From NCBI GenBank assembly GCA_963775425.1, contig CAVZJB010000005.1, positions 224,001 to 288,000 on the forward strand: a stretch of DNA of 64,000 nucleotides. The letters run 5' to 3'. The DNA comes from an uncultured delta proteobacterium. Its GTDB lineage: Bacteria > Myxococcota > UBA727 > VGSZ01. Positions 9,294-20,641 of this stretch are shown one piece after another (within the stretch, counting starts at the first letter, position 1; every line of letters starts with the position of its first letter). Below the pieces are notes generated by a model that had not been told where the DNA came from, made no database searches, and saw only the letters and a list, made by a program, of their open reading frames with translations. A program made the translations under genes and the position numbers.

Positions 9294-10445
9294 TCAGGTC
9301 CCCTGCTCGTCGTCGGCGTCCACCCAGATGACGGTGATGTTGGAGCTCTCCGTGGAGAACACCACCGTGGTGTCGGTGGCGTCGATGGCCTCGACGTCGG
9401 CGGAGTTGTCGGCGAGCACCGGCAGGTCCGTGTTGGGGACGGCGGTGGGCGCCTCGGCGAGCACCTCGGGCGCCAGCTCGCGCACCAGCTCGTCGGTGGT
9501 GGCCTCGCGCGTGGCCACGGTGTCGCCGCCCTTCTCGCTCACGCCCGAGGGGCCGCGCACGACGAAGAACAGCGCGGCGGCGCCGGCGGCGAACGCGAGC
9601 GGCGCGCGGGCGGGGGCGAAGGCGCGCCACAGCCGCGACAACAGCGGCTCCGCGGGGGCCATGGCGCGGTCCGCGCCTCCGCCCCGGGCGGCGAGCCCCT
9701 GGCTCTGCAGGGCTTCGACGGCCTGGACGGCGGCGGCGCCGGCCTTGGCCGCGGCCTGCGCGAACGCCGGGCTGTCGACGGCGGCGCGCAGGGCCTCGCC
9801 GACGTGCGCCGTCGACGCGAGCGCGAGCAGCTCGCCCGCTTCGTCGTGGCGCGCGAGCAGCCCGTCGAGCTCCGCGGACTCCGCCGGCGTGAGCGCGGCG
9901 TCGATGTCGGCGGAGGCGAGGACGAAGAGCCGCTCGCGGGCGGCCACCTGGGCCGCCACCTGATCCGGCAGCGCCGCGAGGCCGTCGACGACGGAGCCGA
10001 TGTGGGCGACGGCGCGCGCGGCGCTCTGCACCGCCTCCGTCGATGCAACGAAGCCCGCCAGGGCGGGGGCCAGGGCGGGCTTGTGCTGCAGGATGGTGTC
10101 GAGGTGGTCGCGGCCGGCGCCGTCGAGCGCGTCGTCGACGAAGAGGTTGGCGAGCTCGAGGACGCCCGCCTCGGTGGCCGGGATCTGCGCGGGGGCCGTG
10201 GCGCCGAGGATGGAGGCCGTGAGGTCTTCGGCCTCGTCCGCCGTCAGCGAGGCGGGCGACAGCGGGCTGTCGAGGCGGGCGGCGCTCATGGCCTCGAAGG
10301 CCTGGAGGAGGGCCGGGTCTTGGCTCAGTGCGTCAAGAACGGCGGGCTCATCGTCGGCCGGCAGCTCGCCGTCGAGGTACGCGCTGAGCATCATCAGCAG
10401 CGCCTCCCGCTCGAGCTTCTTTTCGACCTTGCCGGCCATGTCCAT
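9294..10445 (-). CDS. Transmembrane anti-sigma factor (zinc-free ASD-like repeats)
   Basis: LSAYLDGEL motif; TM LAFAAGAAALFFVV; directly downstream of the ECF sigma. Confidence 0.8.
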   Translation of the reverse strand: MDMAGKVEKKLEREALLMMLSAYLDGELPADDEPAVLDALSQDPALLQAFEAMSAARLDSPLSPASLTADEAEDLTASILGATAPAQIPATEAGVLELANLFVDDALDGAGRDHLDTILQHKPALAPALAGFVASTEAVQSAARAVAHIGSVVDGLAALPDQVAAQVAARERLFVLASADIDAALTPAESAELDGLLARHDEAGELLALASTAHVGEALRAAVDSPAFAQAAAKAGAAAVQAVEALQSQGLAARGGGADRAMAPAEPLLSRLWRAFAPARAPLAFAAGAAALFFVVRGPSGVSEKGGDTVATREATTDELVRELAPEVLAEAPTAVPNTDLPVLADNSADVEAIDATDTTVVFSTESSNITVIWVDADDEQGT

Positions 10446-10460
10446 GTTCTCCCGGGCTCG

Positions 10461-11258
10461 TCAGGAATGACGTTTCTTCTCGCCGCCTTCTTCATCCGCG
10501 CCCGCGGGATCCCCGGCCCCGCCCTTGCGGCTCGTGGGGGCGCCCGCGCCGTCGTCCGGCAGCCCCAAAAACGGCCGCAGCAAGCGCTGCATGTTCTTTC
10601 GGGCGTGGAACAGGCGGCTCATGACGGTTCCCCGTGGAATTCCCAGCGTATCGGCGATCTCCTCGTACGACATCCCCTCCACCTCCCGGAGCAGGAGGAT
10701 GGACTTGTGGTCCTCCGACAAACCGGCGAGCGCACGGCCGATCTCCGCCCCGAGCTCCTTGTCGGCCGCGGTCTTCAGGGGGTTTGCGCCCCCCAGCCGG
10801 CCGGTGATGTCGGCGTCGGCGTACAAGGAGTCGTCGCCGGTGAGGGCGTCGTCGAGATCGACCTTCCTGCGGCGGGCGTCCGCGCGCTTCTTGTCGATGC
10901 AGAGGTTGACGCAGATCCGGTACAGCCACGTCGAGAACGCGGCGTTGCCTTCGAACTCGCCGAGCTTCTTGTGGGCCTTGATGAAGGCGTCCTGCACGAC
11001 GTCCATGGCGTCGTCGCGGTCGCGCAGCATGCCGTACGCGACGGCGAACAGCCGCGACTGGTGCAGCTCCACGAGCCTCTTGAACGCGGCCGCGTCGCCG
11101 GCGCGGGCCTTGTCCACCAGCTCCTGGTCGCGCGCGCGATCTTTGGCCCGGGCCTCGCCCTCGGTCTTGCTCCTGGCGCGCGCCCGCTCCAGGGCGTCCC
11201 GGGCGCGCCGCACCTGGCCCTCGCCTGCCTCCGGATCGACCTTCCGCGCCACGGTCAT
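10461..11258 (-). CDS. ECF RNA polymerase sigma factor
   Basis: DAMDVVQDAFIKA, AFSTWLYRICVNLCID, LREVEGMSYEEIA..LGIPRGTVMSRLFHAR. Confidence 0.95.
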   Translation of the reverse strand: MTVARKVDPEAGEGQVRRARDALERARARSKTEGEARAKDRARDQELVDKARAGDAAAFKRLVELHQSRLFAVAYGMLRDRDDAMDVVQDAFIKAHKKLGEFEGNAAFSTWLYRICVNLCIDKKRADARRRKVDLDDALTGDDSLYADADITGRLGGANPLKTAADKELGAEIGRALAGLSEDHKSILLLREVEGMSYEEIADTLGIPRGTVMSRLFHARKNMQRLLRPFLGLPDDGAGAPTSRKGGAGDPAGADEEGGEKKRHS

Positions 11259-11357
11259 CGGTACGTCCAACCCCTGAGCACGCCCTTGTGACGATCCGCG
11301 GGTGCGAACCAACCACGCCCGCAATATGACACGATTCACACGAGAGAGCCCGCCCGA

Positions 11358-14300
11358 ATGGCCGACGCCCAACAGACCGCCCAGACGCCGCCGCCCGCGC
11401 CGCGCCCCCCGCCGCGCGGGATCGAACCGGTGGCGCCGGCGCGCTTTGACGACGTGCTGCGCAGCGCGCGCCTGCGCCTCGGCGCGCTCGCCGTCCTCGA
11501 GCTCCTCCTCGCGGGCGCCGCCGGCGTGGCCGCCGGCCTCGTCGTCGCCGCCGTCGTCGTCGGGGTCGCGCCGTACTCCACGGCGCTCCGCGTCCTCCTC
11601 GTGGCGCTGTTGCCCGCGGGCTTCCTCGCGGCGGCGGCGGCAGTGCTCGCGCGGCGCGTGTGGCCGCTCAAGCACGACCTCGTCGTCGGCGCCGCCCTCG
11701 AGGCGTCGCTGCGCCGGCGCGGCGCCGAGCTCGGCGACATGGTGCGCGGCGCCGTGGAGCTGCGCGACGCCGCGCAGGACGGAGCGCGCGGCCGCTCCCG
11801 CGCCCTGTGCGAGGCGCATGTCGCGGCCACCACCGCCCGCGTCGTCGACGGCGGCGGCCTGCGCTCCTTGCCCGGCGTCGCGCTCGAGCGCGCGGTCCCC
11901 ACGCTCGCGTGCGCCGGCGTCGTCGGCTTCGTGCTGCTCGCGTGGATCATCGCGTTTTCGGCGTCATGGCAGTCGCGCTTCGACAAGCTGTTCTCCGACG
12001 CCGGCCGCGAGCGCGCCCTCGAGGAGCGTGCCGCGTCGCTCTTGCCGCTGGTCACCGACCTCAAGCTCACGCTGCGCTTCCCCGCGTACATGCAGGAAAA
12101 CGACGAGGTCATCCCGGGCTCTTCCGGCGACGTCACCGCCCCGCGCGGCACCGAGGTCGTCGTCGAGGGCCGCGCGGACCGCGCGCTCGAGAAGGCGAGC
12201 GTGCTCGTCGGCGACGAGGAGCTGCAGGCCAAGGTGAACGGCGCCGATCTCGTGGCGCGCTTCGTCGTGAACGAGAGCACCACCTATCGCTTCCGGATCG
12301 ACGGCGCGCGCGGCGGCGCCGAGCTCGATCCGGTGGCGCACAAGATCGCCGTCACGCCGGACACCGCGCCCGTGGTGACGCTCGAGGAGCCGGGCGAGGA
12401 CCGCACCGTGAAGCTCGAGGACACCGTCCCGCTCGCCTTCTCGGCGAAGGACGACGTCGGCGTCACCAGGTTCCGCGTGGTGGTGAAGCGGCAGGGGAGC
12501 GCGCTCGAGCCGTACACCGATGACCTGATGGAGGTGCCCGGCGGGCTGCGCGAGGCGCACGGCACCGGCAAGCTCAAGATCGAGGACACCGGCGCGCGCC
12601 CCGGCGACAAGCTCTCCGTCTACATCGAGGCCGTCGACAACGACGCCATCAGCGGCCCCAAGGCCGGCCGCTCGGCCACGCGCGTGCTCACGGTGTTCTC
12701 CGCGCTCGAGCAGCACCGCGCCATGATCGCCCGCCTCGACGACGTGGAGTCGCGCATGGTGGACTCGCTCGGCGACGAGCTGGAGGCGCCCCTCGCGGAG
12801 CTCTCCGCGGACGTCGCTGAGCAGAAGCAGGCCGTGGACAAGCACCAGCAGATCGCCGTGCGCCACCAGGCGATGCAGAAGGCCCTCGACGACGCCGTGC
12901 TCGCCTTGTCGCAGGACGAGATGGCGGTGGTCTCCATGCGGCGCGCGCTCGCCAACATGAAGCTCAAGGTGGGCCGCGCCGTCGACCACAAGGCCCGCGC
13001 GCTCTCGGAGCTCGCGTTCAAGACGCGCGCGAGCGTGCCCGCGAACAAGGGCGTGCGCGCGCGCCTGGCGTTCGCGCAGAAGGGGCTCGTCGAGCGGCTC
13101 GAGCAGGACGTGCTCTATCTCGACGACCTGCTGCAGCGCGAGCGCATCGCCGAGGCGCGTCAGGTGGCCCAGGACCTCAAGCGCGCGCAGGAAGACCTGA
13201 AGGCGCTCGTCGACCAGTTCAAGAAGTCCGGCGACGACGCCACGCGCCGCGCGCTGCTCCAGCAAATCCAGGAGATGCGCGCGCAGATGGAGAAGCTCCT
13301 CGAGCGGCTGGCCGAGCTGCAGCACGAGGTGCCCGACGAGTACCTGAACAGCGAGGCCTTCCCCGACGAAAAGATGCTGAGCAACGCCTCCGACATCGAC
13401 AAGCTCATCGAGGAGGGCAAGCTCGACGACGCGGCCAAGAAGCTCGAGGAGATGCTCAAGGCCACGCAGAAGCTCGTCGACAACCTCGACAAGGACGCGG
13501 ACCAATACGGCGGCGACGAGTACAAGGAGCTGCGCGACAAGATGCAGCGCTTCAGCGACGATCTGCAGGCGCTGCAAGAGGGCCAGCAGCAGAACCTCGC
13601 GCAGAGCCAGGCGCTCATGGACCGCGCCAAGCGGCAGGCGGAGGAGCGGCTGAAGGGCAAGCTCGACAAGGCGCTCGCCGAGGTGAAGAAGAAGGTGGAG
13701 GCCGCCGAGAAGAAGCTCGACGGGATCGATCGCGACTCGCTGTTCTTGAACGAGAGCGAGGACGCGCTGTTCGCCAAGGCGCGCATCGACGACCTCAAGC
13801 GCGCGCTCGAGAGCAAGGACCTCGAGGACGCCACCGGCGCGGCCGAGGAGGCGGAGGCGGCGGCGGAGTCGGCGCAGCGCAGCGTGGCGGATCGCGCGCG
13901 CGGGCGCTTCGGCCAGAAGGACAAGGCCACCGCCGCCGCGCGCGACGACCTCGACGAGGCGCACCAGGACCTCGACGAGGCCAGGCGCGCGCTCCAGGAT
14001 CTCCTGCCCAATCCGTCGAGCCTCCTCGACAAAAACGAGCGGCGGAAGCTCCAGAAGGGCGCCGACCTCGAGCAGCAATTGCGCGAAAACGCGGAGAAGC
14101 TCGGCAAGCTCATGGACGAGATCGGCAAGCAGGCGCCGGTGTTCGGCCCCGGCCACAAAAAGCACGTCGACTCCGCCCGGCGCTCCATGGAGCGCGCGGC
14201 GCGGCAGATGCGTGGGCAGGACTTGCGCAGCGCGCGGTCGTCGGAGCGGGCGGCGCTCCGCGAGCTCGGACAGTTGCAGAAGGACCTCGACCAGATGGGG

Positions 14301-14537
14301 CAGGGCCAGGGCGGCTCGGGCATCCCCATGCCGCTGCCGAACGGCGGCGCGCCCGGCGCCGACGACGGCGAGGGCAACGGTCGGCGCGCCTCCACCGAGG
14401 AGGTCAAGATCCCCGACGGCAGCGAGTTCAAGGTCCCCGACGCCTACCGGAAGGACATCCTCGACGCCATGCGCGAGGGCGCGCCCAAGTCGTGGGCGCA
14501 GGAAGTGAAGCGCTACTACGAGAGGCTGATCAAGTGA
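11358..14537 (+). CDS. DUF4175-like membrane-anchored coiled-coil protein
   Basis: N-terminal TM helices, Ig-like region (AKDDVGV...EAVDND), long heptad region, C-terminal YRKDILDAMRE...VKRYYERL. Confidence 0.75.
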   Translation: MADAQQTAQTPPPAPRPPPRGIEPVAPARFDDVLRSARLRLGALAVLELLLAGAAGVAAGLVVAAVVVGVAPYSTALRVLLVALLPAGFLAAAAAVLARRVWPLKHDLVVGAALEASLRRRGAELGDMVRGAVELRDAAQDGARGRSRALCEAHVAATTARVVDGGGLRSLPGVALERAVPTLACAGVVGFVLLAWIIAFSASWQSRFDKLFSDAGRERALEERAASLLPLVTDLKLTLRFPAYMQENDEVIPGSSGDVTAPRGTEVVVEGRADRALEKASVLVGDEELQAKVNGADLVARFVVNESTTYRFRIDGARGGAELDPVAHKIAVTPDTAPVVTLEEPGEDRTVKLEDTVPLAFSAKDDVGVTRFRVVVKRQGSALEPYTDDLMEVPGGLREAHGTGKLKIEDTGARPGDKLSVYIEAVDNDAISGPKAGRSATRVLTVFSALEQHRAMIARLDDVESRMVDSLGDELEAPLAELSADVAEQKQAVDKHQQIAVRHQAMQKALDDAVLALSQDEMAVVSMRRALANMKLKVGRAVDHKARALSELAFKTRASVPANKGVRARLAFAQKGLVERLEQDVLYLDDLLQRERIAEARQVAQDLKRAQEDLKALVDQFKKSGDDATRRALLQQIQEMRAQMEKLLERLAELQHEVPDEYLNSEAFPDEKMLSNASDIDKLIEEGKLDDAAKKLEEMLKATQKLVDNLDKDADQYGGDEYKELRDKMQRFSDDLQALQEGQQQNLAQSQALMDRAKRQAEERLKGKLDKALAEVKKKVEAAEKKLDGIDRDSLFLNESEDALFAKARIDDLKRALESKDLEDATGAAEEAEAAAESAQRSVADRARGRFGQKDKATAAARDDLDEAHQDLDEARRALQDLLPNPSSLLDKNERRKLQKGADLEQQLRENAEKLGKLMDEIGKQAPVFGPGHKKHVDSARRSMERAARQMRGQDLRSARSSERAALRELGQLQKDLDQMGQGQGGSGIPMPLPNGGAPGADDGEGNGRRASTEEVKIPDGSEFKVPDAYRKDILDAMREGAPKSWAQEVKRYYERLIK

Positions 14538-16591
14538 CGGCGCGGTCCTCGCCGACGACGTGGCGCGTGCCCCTCCGGCGCGCGGCGGGTCTCGCGCCGG
14601 CGTGCGTCGCGCTCGCGCTCCTGGTGGACGCCGCGCCTGCGTCGGCGGGGAGCGACGACGTCGCCGCGCAGATCCGCGAGGCCAACCAGGCGCTCGACGA
14701 CTGGCAGCTCGACAAGGCCGCCGCCATCGCGGAGAAGCTCGACCACGATCTGCCCGACGTGCCGCCGGTGCAGGCGGTGCTCGGCAGCGTGCGCTTCCAC
14801 CAGGGGGACTACGAGGGCGCCGTGCGCCTGCTGCGCCGCGCCGCCGAGAGCGGGCAGGAGCCGCAGCTCCTCGCGCTGGCGGAGAGCACGCTCGAGGAGA
14901 CCAAGGGCGGCGTGACCTCGCAGAGCGCACACTTCATCATCCGCACGCCCGCGGGCAAGGACGAGGTGCTCCAACCCATCGCGCTGTGGGCGCTCGAGAA
15001 GGCGTGGGCGGCGACGACGGCGGCGTTCGACTACCAGCCGCGCCACAAGATCATGGTGGACGTGCTCCAGGACGCCACCGGCCTCGCCCACGTCTCCACC
15101 CTCACGGAGAAGGAGATCGAGACGTCGGGGACCATCGCGCTGTGCAAGTTCAACCGGCTGATGATCACGTCGCCCAAGGCCCTCGCGCGCGGCTACGCGT
15201 GGCTCGACACGCTGTCGCACGAATTCACGCACCTCGTGATCAGCGAGAAGAGCCACAACACCGTGCCCATCTGGCTGCACGAGGGCCTCGCCAAGTACAA
15301 CGAGACCCGTTGGCGCGGCGCGCCCGGCCTCGCCCTCGAGGCCGCCGGGGAGAACCTCCTCGCGGGCGCGTTCAAGAAGAACAAGCTCATCACGTTCGAG
15401 CAGATGCACCCCTCGATGGCCAAGCTGCCGTCGCAGGAGGACGCCGCGCTCGCGTTCGCGGAGGTGTTCACCGTCATCGAGCAGCTCGACAAGGAGCACC
15501 CCGGCGCGCAAAACGTCATCCTCGACGCGCTCCGCGACGGCGCCACCATGGACGAGGCGCTGGAAAAGGGCGTCGGCACCGACCTCGCGGGGCTCCAGCG
15601 CGCGTGGAAGCAGTACCTCAAGCGGCGCCCGTTCAAGATCGTGCCGGGGGCAGAGCCCCGCAAGCTCACCTTCGTGAAGAACGCCCGCCGCGGCGGCGCT
15701 CCCGCCGAGGAGCAGGAGGACGCCGCCGCCCTCGACGAGGCGCACTCCCGCGTGGTGCGGCAGATGGTTCGCCTCGGGAACCTGTTGCGCGGGAAGCGGC
15801 GGCTGAAGGCGGCCTCGGTGGAGTACGAAAAGGCCGTCGCGCAGGCGGGCGTGCGCAGCCCGGTGCTGCACAACCGGCTCGCCGGCGTCTACATCGAGCT
15901 CGGCGACCTCGAAGCCGCGCGCCGCGTGCTCGGCGACGTCGCCGGCGTCTTCCCCGACGACCCGCAGACGCAGGTGCTGCTCGGCCGGCTCGCGCTGCGC
16001 GGCAAGGACTGGGCGAAGGCCAAGGAGCACTACGAGCGCGCCACGTGGGAGGAGCCGTTCAACCCGGAGATCCACGTCGCGCTGTTCGAGGTCGGCAAGG
16101 AGACGCACGACGATGGCCTCGTGGCGCGCGAGACGCGCGCGGTGCAATTGCTCGCGGGCGCCGCGCGCACGTCGTCGACGGTGCCGGCGCACGCGGCGGA
16201 GGGGCAGCGCTTCGGCGTGCTCGAGCTGCGCGCGGAGCCCTGGGGACGCGTGCTGCTCGACGGCGTGGACACGGGCATCACCACGCCGCTCCTCGACTAC
16301 CGCGTGAAGCCCGGCCGCCACCGCATCCGCGTGGTCGATCCCGTCGGGGGCCGCGAGGCGGGCCGCGAGGTGGAGATCGTCGAGGGGAAGACCGAGCGCG
16401 TCTCTTTGACCCTCGAGGTGCTGACGCCGGAGCAGCGCAAGGAGCTCGCCGACGCCGAGAAGGCGTTCCTCACGCCCGCGCTCCCCGCGCCCTCGCGCCC
16501 GCAGCCGCCGCCGGCGTCGCCGGCGCACGAGCCGGCGCCGTGGGACGATGACGACGACGACGCCAGCGGCTTTGGCCTCGCCCCGCCCTAG
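14534..16591 (+). CDS. Peptidase MA-like zinc metalloprotease with TPR and PEGA-like domains
   Basis: HEFTH and WLHEGLA gluzincin motifs; TPR-like helices; PWGRVLLDG...GITTPL; GTGA overlap with the upstream gene. Confidence 0.8.
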   Translation: MTARSSPTTWRVPLRRAAGLAPACVALALLVDAAPASAGSDDVAAQIREANQALDDWQLDKAAAIAEKLDHDLPDVPPVQAVLGSVRFHQGDYEGAVRLLRRAAESGQEPQLLALAESTLEETKGGVTSQSAHFIIRTPAGKDEVLQPIALWALEKAWAATTAAFDYQPRHKIMVDVLQDATGLAHVSTLTEKEIETSGTIALCKFNRLMITSPKALARGYAWLDTLSHEFTHLVISEKSHNTVPIWLHEGLAKYNETRWRGAPGLALEAAGENLLAGAFKKNKLITFEQMHPSMAKLPSQEDAALAFAEVFTVIEQLDKEHPGAQNVILDALRDGATMDEALEKGVGTDLAGLQRAWKQYLKRRPFKIVPGAEPRKLTFVKNARRGGAPAEEQEDAAALDEAHSRVVRQMVRLGNLLRGKRRLKAASVEYEKAVAQAGVRSPVLHNRLAGVYIELGDLEAARRVLGDVAGVFPDDPQTQVLLGRLALRGKDWAKAKEHYERATWEEPFNPEIHVALFEVGKETHDDGLVARETRAVQLLAGAARTSSTVPAHAAEGQRFGVLELRAEPWGRVLLDGVDTGITTPLLDYRVKPGRHRIRVVDPVGGREAGREVEIVEGKTERVSLTLEVLTPEQRKELADAEKAFLTPALPAPSRPQPPPASPAHEPAPWDDDDDDASGFGLAPP

Positions 16592-16829
16592 AGAAGTGAT
16601 CCGCACAGCGGAACAGGGGGCAGTGCCGGCACGCGCGGTGGTCCCGCCGCCGGTGCGCTGACACCGAGACGTCGAAGCGGAAGATGGAGCGGTGTCGCTG
16701 TGGCGACTTCGCAGCGGTGTGGAGGGCTCTCGTGCGGAACAGCGGACGTCGACAGGCGACCCGGCCGACCACGCCGCCGCGGGCCCGAACCCGCTTTGCG
16801 CGCCCGCGCCGCTCGGGCACACTGCCTCG

Positions 16830-18875
<2,046 letters not shown>

Positions 18876-18920
18876 CGACGCGCGCCGCCGCTGACCGGGC
18901 CGGTCGAACACGCGATCTCC

Positions 18921-18984
18921 CGTAGGGCGGCGGCTTGTCCGCCGCATCGAAGCATCGAAGCGCGGGACAAGCCCGCGCCCTACG
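18921..18984. repeat. REP doublet (REPIN-like): two inverted GTAG-headed palindromes
   Basis: GTAGG-GCGGCGG-CTTGT-CCGCCGC on plus; GTAGG-GCGCGGG-CTTGT-CCCGCGC on minus. Confidence 0.7.
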
Positions 18985-19006
18985 CGCCGCCGGACGCTTC
19001 GGTGGC

Positions 19007-19038
19007 AGAAAAAGAAAGCCCCGCGTTTCCGCGGGGCT
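19007..19038 (-). terminator. Rho-independent terminator after tRNA-Glu
   Basis: Minus strand AGCCCCGCG-GAAA-CGCGGGGCT followed by TTCTTTTTCT. Confidence 0.85.
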
Positions 19039-19048
19039 GTCCCAGCCT

Positions 19049-19124
19049 TGGTGACCCCAGGGGGAATCGAACCCCCGTCTGCAACGTGAGAGGCTGCCGT
19101 CCTGGACCGCTAGACGATGGGGCC
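19049..19124 (-). tRNA. tRNA-Glu (anticodon CTC)
   Basis: GGCCCCATCGTCTAGCGGTCCAGGACGGCAGCCTCTCACGTTGCAGACGGGGGTTCGATTCCCCCTGGGGTCACCA; cloverleaf, GTTCGA T-loop, encoded CCA. Confidence 0.95.
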
Positions 19125-19249
19125 ACGCCTCACGTGGGGCATACCGGTAGTCGGCGTCACGGGGCCTGTCAACGGTCGTTGCCGCCGAAGCGTCCGCCAC
19201 GTCGCGGGGCGGGCGTTGCCGGCGCCGGTTGGTCCCGGTAGCCGAGGGG

Positions 19250-19939
19250 ATGGGCCACAGCGTCGCCGTCGTCGCCATCCAGCTCGCCGCTCTCCTCGGC
19301 TTCGCGGCCTTCGACCTGCGCGAGCGCGCCGGGCTCGACCGCCGCCCGGTCCGCTATCCCCTGTGGGCGGCGCTGACGCTCGGCGCCTTCGCCGCCACCG
19401 TCGTCGTCGGCCGCCTCGCGTTCTATGCGGTCAACTGGCGGTTGTATGCGCACGACCCCGCGGCGCTGCTCGCCGTGGGGCGCGGGGGCAGCGTCGTCAT
19501 CGCCGGCGAGCTGGGCGCCGTCTTGTTCTTCTTCGCCTTCACGCGCGCCACGCGCATGCCGCGCTGGGCCACGCTCGACACGCTCGCGCGGTGCCTGACG
19601 CTCGCCTGGGCGGCGCAGCTCGGCGTGGAGTGCGTCGCGGGTCGGCTGCCGGCCGCCGCGGCCGTCGACGCGCTCTTCTACGCGGGCCTCTTCGGCCTCC
19701 TCGTCGCGTTCAAGCCCCACGTGCGCATCGAGGGCTTCGCGTTCCTCGGCTTTGGGGTCGCCGGCTGCACCAAGCGGTTCGTGACGGACGCGGTGCTCCC
19801 GCCGGCGTCGGGCGGGCACATCGGGCCGTTCTCCACGCAGCAGGTCGTCGCCCTCACGCTCATCGGCGTCGCCGCGCTGCTCGCCCTGGCTCGGGCGCGG
19901 TGCGCCCGGGGACCAGCCTGCGGCCTCCGGGCTCGCTAG
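19250..19939 (+). CDS. Lgt-like integral membrane protein (degenerate prolipoprotein diacylglyceryl transferase)
   Basis: GRLAFYAVNWRLYAHDPAALLAVGRGG, LDTLA, KRFVTD and STQQVVA follow the Lgt layout; HGG and GRxGN motifs absent. Confidence 0.6.
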   Translation: MGHSVAVVAIQLAALLGFAAFDLRERAGLDRRPVRYPLWAALTLGAFAATVVVGRLAFYAVNWRLYAHDPAALLAVGRGGSVVIAGELGAVLFFFAFTRATRMPRWATLDTLARCLTLAWAAQLGVECVAGRLPAAAAVDALFYAGLFGLLVAFKPHVRIEGFAFLGFGVAGCTKRFVTDAVLPPASGGHIGPFSTQQVVALTLIGVAALLALARARCARGPACGLRAR

Positions 19940-19949
19940 GACATTCGGC

Positions 19950-20528
19950 ATGACCCTCCTCAAGATCGCCACCCTCGGGGAACCCGTGCTGCGGGAGCGG
20001 GCGCGGGAGCTCGGGCTCGAGGAGCTCAAGAGCGATCGCTGGCAGACGTTCATCGACGACCTCGTCGAGACCATGCGCGACGCCGACGGCGCCGGCCTCG
20101 CGGCGCCGCAGGTCTTCCAACCGGTGCGCATCGCGTGCATCGAGGTGCGCGGGAACAACCCGCGCTACCCGTACAAGCCGAAGATCCCGCTCACCGTCGT
20201 CGTGAACCCTGTCATCACGCCCATCGGCGGCGAGGCGTTCGACAACTACGAGGGCTGTCTGTCCGTGCCCGATCTCCGCGGCATGGTGAAGCGGCACGCG
20301 CACGTGCGCGTGCAATACCTCGACCGCGAGGGCGAGCCCCACGACGTCACCGTCGCCGGCGTCACCGCCGGGACGTGGCAGCACGAGTGCGATCACCTCG
20401 ACGGCACCATCTTCCTCGACCGCGTCACCGACCCCTCGACGTTGTCCACGTGGAAGAACTGGGAGCGCCACCACAAGGCGCGCTTCGTCGAGGAGATCAC
20501 CAAGGTCGTCGAGCGGTATGGCTCGTGA
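19950..20528 (+). CDS. def: Peptide deformylase
   Basis: GAGLAAPQ, EGCLS, QHECDHLDG. Confidence 0.97.
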   Translation: MTLLKIATLGEPVLRERARELGLEELKSDRWQTFIDDLVETMRDADGAGLAAPQVFQPVRIACIEVRGNNPRYPYKPKIPLTVVVNPVITPIGGEAFDNYEGCLSVPDLRGMVKRHAHVRVQYLDREGEPHDVTVAGVTAGTWQHECDHLDGTIFLDRVTDPSTLSTWKNWERHHKARFVEEITKVVERYGS

Positions 20529-20641
20529 CGCTGGCCCCGACCTGACAGCGCGCCCGGGACCTGGCAGCCGCCGATTCTGACATCGGTGGGGGTGTGACGG
20601 GGCTCATCCGCGCGGGGCGTCGCGCGCACTAACCCCGCGGG

